Part shown: positions 53,040 to 64,000 of the stretch, piece after piece
Layout: the number at the start of each line of letters is the position of its first letter
Numbering within the stretch: position 1 is the stretch's first letter
DNA from: Octopus sinensis
Lineage: Eukaryota
Reading direction: 5' to 3'
NCBI RefSeq assembly: GCF_006345805.1
Contig: NC_043001.1
Coordinates: 48,174,001-48,238,000 of the forward strand
DNA length: 64,000 nt
Program-made: the position numbers and the translations under genes
Notes under the pieces: generated by a model
Told to the model about the DNA's origin: nothing
The model's input: the letters and a program-made list of their open reading frames with translations, nothing else
Databases searched by the model: none

Positions 53040-53435
53040 GGCTTAGGAGTGGCTGTGTGGTAAGTAGCTTGCTTACCAACCACATGGTTCCGGGTTCAGT
53101 CCCACTGTGTGGCACCTTGGGCAAGTGTCTTCTACTATAGCCTCGGGCCGACCAAAGCCTTGTGAGTGGATTTGGTCGACGGAAACCGAAAGAAGCCCGT
53201 CGTATATATGTATATATATATATGTGTGTTGTGTTTGTCCTCCCACCAACATCGCTTGGCAACTGATGCTGGCGTGTTTACGGCTCCGTAACTTAGCGGT
53301 TCTGCAAAAGAGACCGATAGAATAAGTACTAGGCTTACAAAGAATAAGTCCTGGGGTCGGTTTCCTCGACTAAAGGCGATACTCCAGCATGGCCACAGTC
53401 AAATGACTGAAACAAGTAAATGAGTAAATGAGTAA
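53040..53435 (+). mobile_element. Full-length tRNA-derived SINE family B
   Basis: GGAGTGGCTGTGTGGTAAG A-box, GGTTCAGTCCC B-box, internal TA/TG microsatellite, and tail CCAGCATGGCCACAGTCAAATGACTGAAACAAG. Confidence 0.9.
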
Positions 53436-54141
53436 TGAAATAAATGCAGGTTTGAAATTAATCAAGGTACGTTTAAACAATTCAATACGTGGACGTGTAT
53501 TACGTTTTATCTAAACATCTACGATTTTCTTGCGGATTCTTGGAATTCATCTTTAACTTATTTTGCTTCAAGATTATTTTAATTTGTTTTCAGCTAATTT
53601 TATTTCCAGCTTGTTTTAATCTGTTTGGAGAAAATTTTGCTTCGAGACTTTTATTCATTTTCAGATAATTTTGTTGTGAGATTATTTTGATTAAATTTCA
53701 CTTTATTTTAATTTGCTTCAAGTCAATTTTTTTTATAACTTTTAAATTTGCCTCGAGTTAAGGCAGCTTCGAGATAATTTTAATCTATACCTGAAAATAT
53801 ATTAATGATTATCAATTGGAAATTGCTAAGGAGAGAATTTTGAGGCGGTGGCTGAAATTACAAATTCATATATAGAAAATGCTTGCGATCATAATAATAT
53901 TCTTTATCGTCTTTTTTTACTATTACATCCGATTTTAAAGCATGTTGAAGAAGTCTATGAAATTAAAACAATTTCAAGAACATGAAACATTTTTCCTCAC
54001 AAATAATTTTGACATGTAAAGAAACCAATTATTCCTCTTTTGGAATCAATGAATTTAAATGAAACTGATACAGCAAGTGTTGAATTACATTGTAATAGAA
54101 TTCACTTGCTTAAATGAACGAATATAATAAGTAGTAAACAT

Positions 54142-54237
54142 GTTTGAATGCGCATATGATGTTGAATCCAAAGGTTCTCGTCGAGCCTGGCTAGTGCTTA
54201 AATAGGGAATCACTTGGGAAACCGAGGAAATGAAAGC
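54142..54237 (+). pseudogene. Internally deleted 5S rRNA-derived sequence abutting a family-B SINE
   Basis: CATATGATGTTGAATCCAAAGGTTCTCGTC joins directly to GAGCCTGGCTAGTGCTTAAATAGGGAATCACTTGGGAAACCGAGG. Confidence 0.6.
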
Positions 54238-54993
54238 ATCGCCTTTTAAGTGCAGGTATGCCTAACTGGTTAAAAACGTTACTTTGCAACCGCGTGGTTT
54301 CTGGTTCAGTCTCACAGCGCGGCAACTCGGGTACGTGTCTTTTATTACAACCTCGGGTTGGCCAATGACTTGTGAGATGCCACAGTTCAAATGGCTGTAA
54401 CTAGTAAATGATAAAAGATAAAAGATACTGCAAAAGAAAATCCCTTTAGAGATATTTCATAATTTGTTCTTACTCTTTCAAAATTACATCTTTCAAATGC
54501 TGAGGTAGAAACATCATTCAGTAGCATAAATGTTATTAAAGCAAAATTGAGGAATAAGATTCAACTCGTAATGCCATGAGCTGTTCTCTTAAGAAAATAT
54601 GACATGAAATGTTACGATAAATGCTCCTGATTATTGCTTACGTGATGTCGCACTGAACAAAACTGACAAAATTGACCATATCTCAATATCTCAGTGAGAA
54701 TGAAAACAGTGGAGCTGCAACTACTGCAGGATTCAACGATTTAGATAGACTGTTAAATACCGATTCAGAAATATGAGCAAAAGTTTCGTTTCTATGACCT
54801 GTTTCATATAAAGTAACTAGTATTAGTTTTAGCATTCTTTTCAAGGAGGTTTGTATGGAGTTGAATTAAAGTGTTACTTTCAGTTGCAACACTGTGACAT
54901 AAGGAATGTGTCATAATTTTACCTTTGACAAACCATGAGGGATGCATGCTATTTTGTTCCAACAGATATGTAAAGTGACACATTACTCAACTG

Positions 54994-55167
54994 TTTGTTC
55001 CTTTTCGAGTCATGCCTGGCTCATAAGAAGTTTGCCATTACCTTCTGTCGGAGCCGCGTGGAGATTAGGTGTTTCGATCATAAACACACACATCGCACGA
55101 TTTGAGATTCGAACTCGCGATCCCTCGACCGCGAGTCTGCTGCTCTAACCACTAAGCCATGTGCCTC
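54994..55167 (-). mobile_element. tRNA-derived SINE family D with a 15-bp TSD
   Basis: Minus strand TGGCTTAGTGGTTAGAGC..GAGTTCGAATCTC; TSD CACATTACTCAACTG at 54979-54993 and 55168-55182. Confidence 0.9.
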
Positions 55168-55382
55168 CACATTACTCAACTGCCAGAAGTAGGACACGGA
55201 GCAAAGACAGGCTTAGTGTTTAACAGTCTGTCGCGGTTCTTATTTGACGACGAGGAGTGCTACAGAATCTGAAAACAGTAGCTGAGATACAGTTGGTGCT
55301 AAGAGGTTGGACGAGGGTCAAACTAACTATTACGATGTGTTTTAAAATATCATTGTTTAAAGCACTTTAAAAATTAACAACC

Positions 55383-55531
55383 AGGTGCAAGCGTGAATGC
55401 GTGGTAAGAAGCTTCCTCCCCAACTACAGGGTTCAGTTCGTGACACCTTGGGCTAGTGTCCTTTACTGTAGCCTCGAGCCGACCAATGTTTGGGGTAGAT
55501 TTGGCAGCCGGAAACTGAAAGAAGCCTGTCG

Positions 55532-55596
<65 letters not shown>

Positions 55597-55653
55597 ATTG
55601 ATAACGCAGACGAGATAATAAGGTATCCACCAGGATAATTTATCCTTTTATAT

Positions 55654-55731
<78 letters not shown>

Positions 55732-55773
55732 CATATATATATATACATATATATATATACATATTATATATAC

Positions 55774-55849
<76 letters not shown>

Positions 55850-56078
55850 GGTGTTTGTGTTTTGTGCGCCTGTTTGTCCCCACCACCGCTTGACAACAGG
55901 TTTTGGTGTGTTTACGACCCCATAACTTAGCGATTCGTCAGAAAAGACCGATAAAATAAGTTATCAGGCTTAAAGAAAAATAAGTACTGGGGTCGATTCA
56001 TTCGACTAAAAAATTCTACAACTGTGATGCCCCATCTTGGTCGCAGCCTAATGACTGTCAGAAATAAATGATAAACAA
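55383..56078 (+). mobile_element. Family-B SINE with an expanded internal (TA)n
   Basis: Head and tail match 53040-53435. Confidence 0.8.
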
Positions 56079-56569
56079 ATGAGCATGCTGAACATTCCGA
56101 TATCAGCTGAACAACAATCAATATGTTGTGTACATTATATAATGGTGACAGTGTTGTTGCTGGTTGTGGGGAAGGGTTTCATGAAGAGAGGTTGTAACCA
56201 TTGCGCGAAGATCAATAATTTCACTCAGGTTTTCGAAACAAATGACAAAGTGAACAACAGTAATAACAATAATGACAATAGTAGTTAGCTGCTCTACAAG
56301 GTCACTCGGCCTGCTCGAAGTAGAAGCCAAATGTTCCTCAAATTCATCTTGTTTTCTTAAAAAAACAAGTGATTGTGTAGTAGACACAGTGGTTCCTAGC
56401 AAATTGAGTGACGTAGACTGAGACGTTGTGCGCCTGAGAAAAAAAAACCCAGAATGGCAATGACTGAGACACTTTTGATTATATATCTGAAAGGTCAAAC
56501 AACAACAACAACAACAACAACAATAACAGCAACAGCGGTATGACCACCAATACAATAACAAAAATAATT

Positions 56570-57440
56570 GTTTCTAATATAGCCACAAGGTCAAAGGATT
56601 CTGGTGTGGAGAGATTTGTCTCCACACCAGAATGGCTGCTATTTTAATTTATCAGTTGCAGAACGATGAAAGGCAAAGTTGGCCACGCAGGATTCGAACT
56701 CAGAAAGTAAAGAACAGAAACTAAATACTGCACGGTATTTTGGCTGATGTTCTCACTATTTTCTAACAGCCATAAATTTTATCTAGCATATGCACATGAC
56801 TAGGAATTTAAAGGGAGAGAATAAGTCAAATACCTTCACCCTAGTACTTGATTGTTACTTCCTGTTATCAGCCCTGGAATGACGAAAGGTGAAGTTTATC
56901 TCTATGAGGCTTCGAATCAGCATGTAGAGAACCGAAAGAATTAGCGGAAAGTACTTTTCTTCGATACTCTAAGGAATCTGCTAATTTTCCACCCTTAAAA
57001 TACTTTTTATTATAGGTGCAAGACCTGAAAATTTTGCAGGTAGTGCTAGTCGATTACATTGACACCCCCACCCCAGTGTTCGACTAATATTTATTTCATC
57101 AAGCATAAAAGATAAAATCGATACTGGCGGAATTGGAACACAAAACGTAAAGCCGAAGAAATAACCCTAACCATTTTGTCTAGCGCGCTAACGATTCTCC
57201 CAACTCGCCACATTTAACTGTCTTTATACTAAAAACAATCCATTCTATGATAGACACAATGCCTGAAATTTTGGCGGAGGAAGTTAGTCATTTACATCGA
57301 CCCCAGTAGTCGACTGGTACTTATTTTATCGACCTTGAAAGGATGAAAGGCAAATTCGACCACGGCGGAACGTGTAGGCAGGTGAAATGTCGCTAAGCAC
57401 TTTTCATGACGGGCAAACGATTCTGCCAGCCCGCCACCTT
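56570..57440 (-). mobile_element. Tandem array of four old family-A SINEs
   Basis: Four consecutive ~210-bp degenerate copies in the same orientation. Confidence 0.75.
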
Positions 57441-58546
57441 CTTTATACTCAAAAATAATATTGTATCGATAGCGAAAGCAGTAAAGCACCAGCAGCAAAA
57501 CAATAATAACAATAACAACAACACTAGCAATACCAACGGAAAAAACAAAGAGAAGAATAACAAGACACGTTACATGCTGAAGTCAGAAAGGTCGTTTTAT
57601 AGAGAGGTATAAAACGCGAGAGTCACAACAGGAATACTTTCAAACACAAGTCTTCTGGATCAGATCTGAACTTGGATTAATCAACAACATTTATATTGTA
57701 ACAAGTGAAACAACATAACACCCAGCATACTACAACAGTGACAATAACAACGAACTGCAATGATACATACACAGACATATACATGTACACTCGGTATGCA
57801 TACATATGTAGGCATAGGCCAAAACAAATTCAAGACTGACGTCTGCAATTTTGTTTATGTGTAAAATTTATGTTAGTCTTTCTTTCGTTCATCGATTAAA
57901 TGTTAAGAGTGAAGGAGAATCCATACTGAGAAGTTAGATATTCAGTTAACTACTGTTTTATGTCTAAGTTCGTTCTTATGTATGTATGTATACCGGGAAG
58001 GAGAGAGGGAAAGATCGAGAGGGAGATAGGCGAAAAGGCTTCTTCTTAATTCGCAAGCCAAAACGTATCTGAATAAATATTGCTGTTTATTTAATCGAGA
58101 TTGTTCACAGCATTGAAAACTAGTGCTATCTACAAATGTATAACCTTCCCAGAACATGCTAAAGGAGCATACAAATGTAAAAATTAGTTTAATGCTTTAA
58201 TATATACTTATGCATACAAGGGTATGCATATATATACATATAGTATATTACGAATCCACCTGGTAGTCATTCTTCTTTATATATACTGCTTTAAATTGAT
58301 ACTAATTTAATTAATTTGATTAATAGTAATTTCTACCCTAATCGTTTAATTTTTAAATAACCATGTTCTCTAACCGGTAAATTCGCTGCAGAAAATTATT
58401 AACTGCAGAGTCCTTTTCGGCTTCGGCGCACCAAAACGAAGACATTTAAAATATACCTCCAAATATATTTGATAGAATTTTATGCACGCCCTCTCTTGAG
58501 AGGACGCTCGTGCTTAGTTCTGTGGATTATATATTTTCCTGACGGT

Positions 58547-58608
58547 CACACTGATGAGCTGTGGGTATTTACGTAACGTAAGTGATTACAACGAAAACTT
58601 GGTATGTG
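58547..58608 (+). ncRNA. Type I HHR motif with canonical core and long stem II
   Basis: CACA-CTGATGA-GCTGTGGGTATTTACG(TAA)CGTAAGTGATTACAAC-GAAA-ACTTGG-TA^TGTG. Confidence 0.75.
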
Positions 58609-58858
58609 GATTATCACCAAATTTTGTATCTTTTCTTTTGTCTTGCTCGCCTTATGTTCTGGCGTTTGCTGAAATTTCTTAAGAACAATTTTCTTGGGGT
58701 CTTAGGGCCCTTCCTATTTTTAATATATAGTGCTCTACATCTTAGAGTGTTCCTCTTCTATTGGATTTATATTTTTTTACAAACGACCGATATATATATA
58801 TACATATGTGTGTGCGCGCGCTCGCGTCTGTGTGTGTATATATAAAAAAAGGGTTTAT

Positions 58859-58889
<31 letters not shown>

Positions 58890-58892
<3 letters not shown>

Positions 58893-59064
58893 AAAGTTTA
58901 CGAAAAGAGCAAAAGACGAAGACTGATGGTGTACAAAACAAACAGATTTATTAGTATAACGCTCAGGAATAGAAACAGTCTTTTACGTTTCGAGCCTACG
59001 CTCTTCTACAGAAAGGGACAGAGAAAAAACAAAGAGAGAAACAGGGAGAGAAGAAAATGTGTGT
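58890..59064 (-). mobile_element. Non-coding element with a minimal HHR (A6U) in (TA)n
   Basis: 58980-59015 on the minus strand reads CTTT-CTGTAGA-A-GAGC(GTAG)GCTC-GAAACGTA^AAAG. Confidence 0.7.
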
Positions 59065-59179
59065 ATGTATATATATATATATATATATGCAAAGTTTAGG
59101 TTAGTTAAATTATGCTTGTGACATATTTCAACTGCTAATATACAAATTCACTGCAGTTATCACAGGGAAAATATTTCTA

Positions 59180-59351
59180 TACTCTTTTACTTGTTTCAGT
59201 CATTTGAGTGCGGCCATGCAAATCGACTCCTGGACTTATTCTTTGTAAGCCTAGTACTTATTCTATCAGTGTCTTTTGCCGAACCGCTAAGTTACGGGGA
59301 CGTAAACACATCAGCATCGGTTGTTAAGCGATGTTGAGAGGAGAATCACAG

Positions 59352-59449
<98 letters not shown>

Positions 59450-59656
59450 CCTCGTGTGTACCGTTGGCGATTTTTTGTCCTCTGTCTTCCCTTCTCTGGA
59501 TCTTTCCTTCTATGTTTCCGACGAAGAGCTCCGCTCGAAACGTTAAACGTTCCTTCTTTCCTTCTTTCCTGAGCGTCCAATAATACTATATTTGTTCCAC
59601 GTCCTCGCGTTGTTGTGTGGTTTTTTGTGCTTTCTTGTTTGGATTAACTATATATA

Positions 59657-59689
<33 letters not shown>

Positions 59690-59848
59690 ATACATATATA
59701 CAATGGACTTCTTTCAGTTTCCGTGTACTAAATCAACTCACAAGGCTTTAGTAGTAGATACTTGCCCAAGGTGCTATGCAGTGGGACTGAACCCGGAATC
59801 ATGTGGCTGGTAAGCAAGCTACATACCATACAGCCACTCCTGCGCCTA
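59180..59848 (-). mobile_element. Family-B SINE hosting an HHR element in its internal microsatellite
   Basis: Tail at 59180-59350 and head at 59703-59848 flank the (TA)n and the insert. Confidence 0.85.
59447..59650 (+). mobile_element. ~200-bp element with a minimal HHR (U4C in this copy)
   Basis: 59512-59550 reads ATGTTT-CCGACGA-A-GAGC(TCC)GCTC-GAAACGTT^AAACGT. Same family as 63712-63922. Confidence 0.75.
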
Positions 59849-61401
59849 TGGTAAAAATGTTCGAAAACACAGTTCAGTGTCGATATCGATGTTTGAACCT
59901 AGTTGGCTTTTCTCAATGGTATCTCGTATTTTTTATGCATTTCCAGATTTACCCTATCCATTGCTTCTATTTTAAATGACAGTTAAGGTGCGATTTGCAG
60001 GGGATTTAATTGCTACTTCCAAAAAGTTTCGCACCTATTCAAAAATTAATCGCGTATTAACCTCTGTATGTTTCTCATGTATAAATTTAAATAAAATCGA
60101 AGTATTTTTTTTTTAATTCTGGAAAAAAATTTAACTAAACTCAAAGCAAATTAAGTTACAGTCGAAGCAATTTAAAATAATGTTAGATCAAATGATAAAA
60201 TATAGTCCAGCATTTGACTATTTCTAATTGCATGAGCTTCGTTGATATGTTTTAAATCTGAAACTTCTGAATTCATTTCATAATTTGACTAAAGTCTAAA
60301 ATTTATGTGCATTTACTTATGCATGATGAAAACCAGTTTCAAAGCAGATGCAGTATTAGAAGACGTCTCCACTTGAAACCAAGTATTTGTGTACTGTAGA
60401 CGTTGAACGAGCAGATTGAGAATCTATTGTTACTGCAAATGATGTTCAAGAAAACAGCTTAATATTAGCTACATAGAAATTGTGCATCATATATACGCTG
60501 TGGAGGTATCCGTAACAGACACCCAGAAGATTGAACATGAATATGTTGAATGCCGAATATGCATAACTAGCATTGACAAATTTGTAGAAATGCTTACATT
60601 CACCTTATGAAATGATTACATTCCAATAGATAATAGCATGACAATCTGATGGACGTATGACTTCACTGAAGTAAACGCATATATAACAAAACTAATTTTG
60701 CCCTCTATCCCACAAAAAGGGGACTCACATAAATTCACGTTTTGAGACTAGTTCAATAAATGTTGCCAGACAAAATTAATCTGCAATTTATTATTCCATA
60801 GATTAAGGCGTTGGTAATACGGTCGAGACCATTAATTAATAAGAAAAAAATATTTAATTAGCTCCGAGATTATCTCAGTTTATTCTGTTTAATTTAATTT
60901 GGTTGGAGTTTATTTTAATATGCTTCGAATTTATATTAATTTTATTTGATTTTATTTCAGTTTGGTCCGTTTTTATTTTAAATTGTTTAGAGTGTAATTT
61001 AATTTGCTTCGAAATTATTTTAATTTGTAGTGTCAGTTGCCTCAGCTACAACTGGCAAGATGGAGTCTGTCACAGGAGAAACAGGTCTGGTTCTCCTGTA
61101 CCAGTTGATGGGGGGAATCTAACTTAATTTTTCGTCGTTCGCGATGCTATTTATGCTCTGTCAATATTATTATTATATTTGTGTTTCATCAAATGAAACC
61201 GAGAAATAATTCAGGATTCAAGAAGCATAAACTTCAGTTTATAATGAAATATATAAAAGCTGTATTATATATAAAGAACTTTGTAACTTGTATAGGCCAT
61301 TCACTTGGAAACATTAGCCGTGTTATTAAAAGCCTGCCTAGAAAACATTTCCAATGTATGAAATTATTAGTTGCTCATAACTATACGCTGTGCACATTAA
61401 A

Positions 61402-61475
<74 letters not shown>

Positions 61476-62697
61476 GTATGTGCATACATACATATAGATA
61501 GAGACATATACTGTGAAAATAATAAGGAAATAAACTTTGGGAAAATTTTCATACCGATGGCTAGGATGCGTTATAAAATCAATAGACAACATATTGTGAT
61601 ATATAATAGTGTATAAACAATTTACGTATTTATACACGAAAGAGGACACCTTACATGCTAAAAAGGGTAGTTGAAATTATGTGTGTGTGCGTGTGCATGA
61701 ATGTTTGTACGTATGTATCCACATTTCCTTGAAGAAAAACCCTTTCTAAAACGTTAGATTATTCACTGCCTACGGCAAGTTCACTGTACAGAGGTCACAT
61801 ATATCATATTTTGCTTCGTTACTGTGTGAGATAAGATCCCCATCGACAGACTGTTGATATTGAATAAAATATCAAATACATCTAGTATGAAGATTATTAG
61901 CCTTCCTTTCTCTGGAGCTACTGGATTTATTGTGTAGCCAATAAATTGGTTACTTGTTTCTCTGAGACTGGTCAAGTGATATAGACACCTCAGACGAAAC
62001 ACCAATAAAGATCGAAAATCGATTAAGGCTGTCATTTTATTCAATGTATGGAGTAGTACCTTACCTAAATTTGCCCTGTTTATATATGTACTGCATGGGA
62101 TACATATATACATAAATATGTGATTCTCCTTTTCTCTCCTGTTCTTGCTATTCTTTCCCAATGCGCGTTCTGTTTTATTCTGTTATTCTGCTGATATATT
62201 TCTCTGTTCCACTGTTTATGTGTCCGTCTCATGTTCTTTTCACCTCTCCCCCTCTGTATCATTTACTCGCTGTGACTCTCCCCCACCTCTCTATCTCTCG
62301 CTTTCTCTTTCTTTCAATCTATCTATCTGCCTATCGATTTCATAATCGCTCTTTGTCTGTGTCTTTTACTTTCGTACTCTTTCTGCTCCACCATATTCCC
62401 CCAAATCCACCTCTGATTCCGATCGGTCTCCAAAGTTACGTAATAGACCAATGGTTATCTCTTATGAAACAACAGGCGACGCTCTAGAGTCTTCATCGAC
62501 TTTTTTCGCATACTATATTACTTTAGACACGTACACGTATTATGCAAACATCCGGTATGTATGTGTGTGTGCACACACACATATATGAGCATAGAAGTAT
62601 AAGTATTTATATATTAATACTTATATATACAACTATATATGTATATGTGTGTGTATGTGTGTGCGTGAGTGTATGTATAGATGTGTATATATATATA

Positions 62698-62849
<152 letters not shown>

Positions 62850-62854
62850 ATATA

Positions 62855-62886
<32 letters not shown>

Positions 62887-63468
62887 GCATGTTTATGCAT
62901 ACATACATAATAATGAAGCCATGATGATAGATATCATAATCAGGAGAGTGTGATGTGAAATACGACAGAGGGACATAACAGCAAACAGAATGAAAATCAG
63001 TGAAAGAGGGAGGGAGTGAAATAGAGTGAGTGAATGAGTGAGTGAAAGAGAGAGAAGGAGAGAGAAAAATAATCAGTTATTTGTAGAATGATGCAGAACT
63101 AAGTTTGTATGCATGGCTGTTAGATCTATTAGGTTAACTGAAGAGAAGTGAAAAAAGACAAAAGCTATATAATATGCATACATATATATATATATATATA
63201 CATGTGTGTGGGCGCGTGCGTATGTGCGGGCGTGTGTGTGTGTGTAATTGTGTGTGCCTGTGCGCGCGTATATGTGTGTGTGTGTGTTTTGGTGTTAGCA
63301 GCTAACAAAATATACAGGACTTCATACCAAAAGGTAGAATACTAATTAAATTTTAGAGACTGACTGATACAAAAGCTGGATTCGACTGACAGTTACATTC
63401 TGGGAAAGTCATATTTCGTCAGATCGCCATATATTTGTATATCTATTCGTCATACGGTTTTATATATA

Positions 63469-63500
<32 letters not shown>

Positions 63501-63598
63501 GGGAATATTACTTCCGAGTACACAGGAAAAAAACATTCAAACTAGATGTAGTAAAATGAACGTCTCTCAATTCAATTTTAAATTCGTATATATAAAAA

Positions 63599-63681
63599 TA
63601 GTTTTAGAGACAGAACCACCTTCAACTTAATCAACACTAGAAGTGTTGATTGAGTTGAAGGTGGTTCTGTCTCTAAAACTA
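63599..63681. repeat. Hairpin with 40-bp arms, one mismatch and a 3-nt loop
   Basis: TAGTTTTAGAGACAGAACCACCTTCAACTTAATCAACACT-AGA followed by its reverse complement. Confidence 0.95.
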
Positions 63682-63711
63682 CTTTTACATATATATATAT
63701 ATATATTCAAA

Positions 63712-63922
63712 ATGTGACCGCGTGTGTACCGTTGGCGATTTTTTTTCCTCCGTCTTCGCTTCTCTGGATCTTTCCTTTTCCTATGTTTCTGACGAAGAGC
63801 TCCGCTCGAAACGTTAAACCCTCCTTCTTCCCTTCCTTCCTGAGCGTCCAATAATACTATATTTGTTCCAAGTCCTCGCGTTGTTGTGTTTTCTCTTTGT
63901 GTTTTCATGTTTGGATTAACTA
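63712..63922 (+). mobile_element. ~210-bp element with an intact minimal HHR
   Basis: 63785-63819 reads GTTT-CTGACGA-A-GAGC(TCC)GCTC-GAAACGTT^AAAC, with palindromic AACGTT stem III. Confidence 0.8.
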
Positions 63923-64000
63923 TATTACTCTTTATCTTTTATTAAACTTTTAATACTTTTGATATTTAAAAAATAAATAAATAAATAAATTAATTAATTA

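Noticed and set aside
55095-55167. Functional tRNA gene
   Set aside because: The acceptor stem is incomplete, and the sequence continues into a SINE body flanked by a TSD.

Overview
This is AT-rich, microsatellite-dense eukaryotic DNA. The SINE families and repeat style point to a cephalopod, most likely Octopus; this is recognised from memory, not from a database search. No intact protein-coding gene is supported, and most ORF-track hits are translated microsatellites. The window is a stack of decayed mobile elements: four mariner copies, a Tigger/pogo remnant, a hAT remnant and MITE, Helitron fragments, an RTE-type APE fragment, two R4/Dong-like LINE 3' ends in (TAA)n, three Penelope-like (RT/GIY-YIG) remnants, many tRNA-derived SINEs and two 5S rRNA-derived pseudogenes. 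The main signal is about 16 type-I hammerhead ribozyme (HHR) motifs in roughly nine unrelated short non-coding element families, mostly beside (TA)n/(TACA)n tracts. Five loci are head-to-head foldbacks with an HHR or HHR remnant pointing outward on each strand. One motif carries a compensatory G3:C8 core. All folds were assigned by eye and no cleavage activity is shown.
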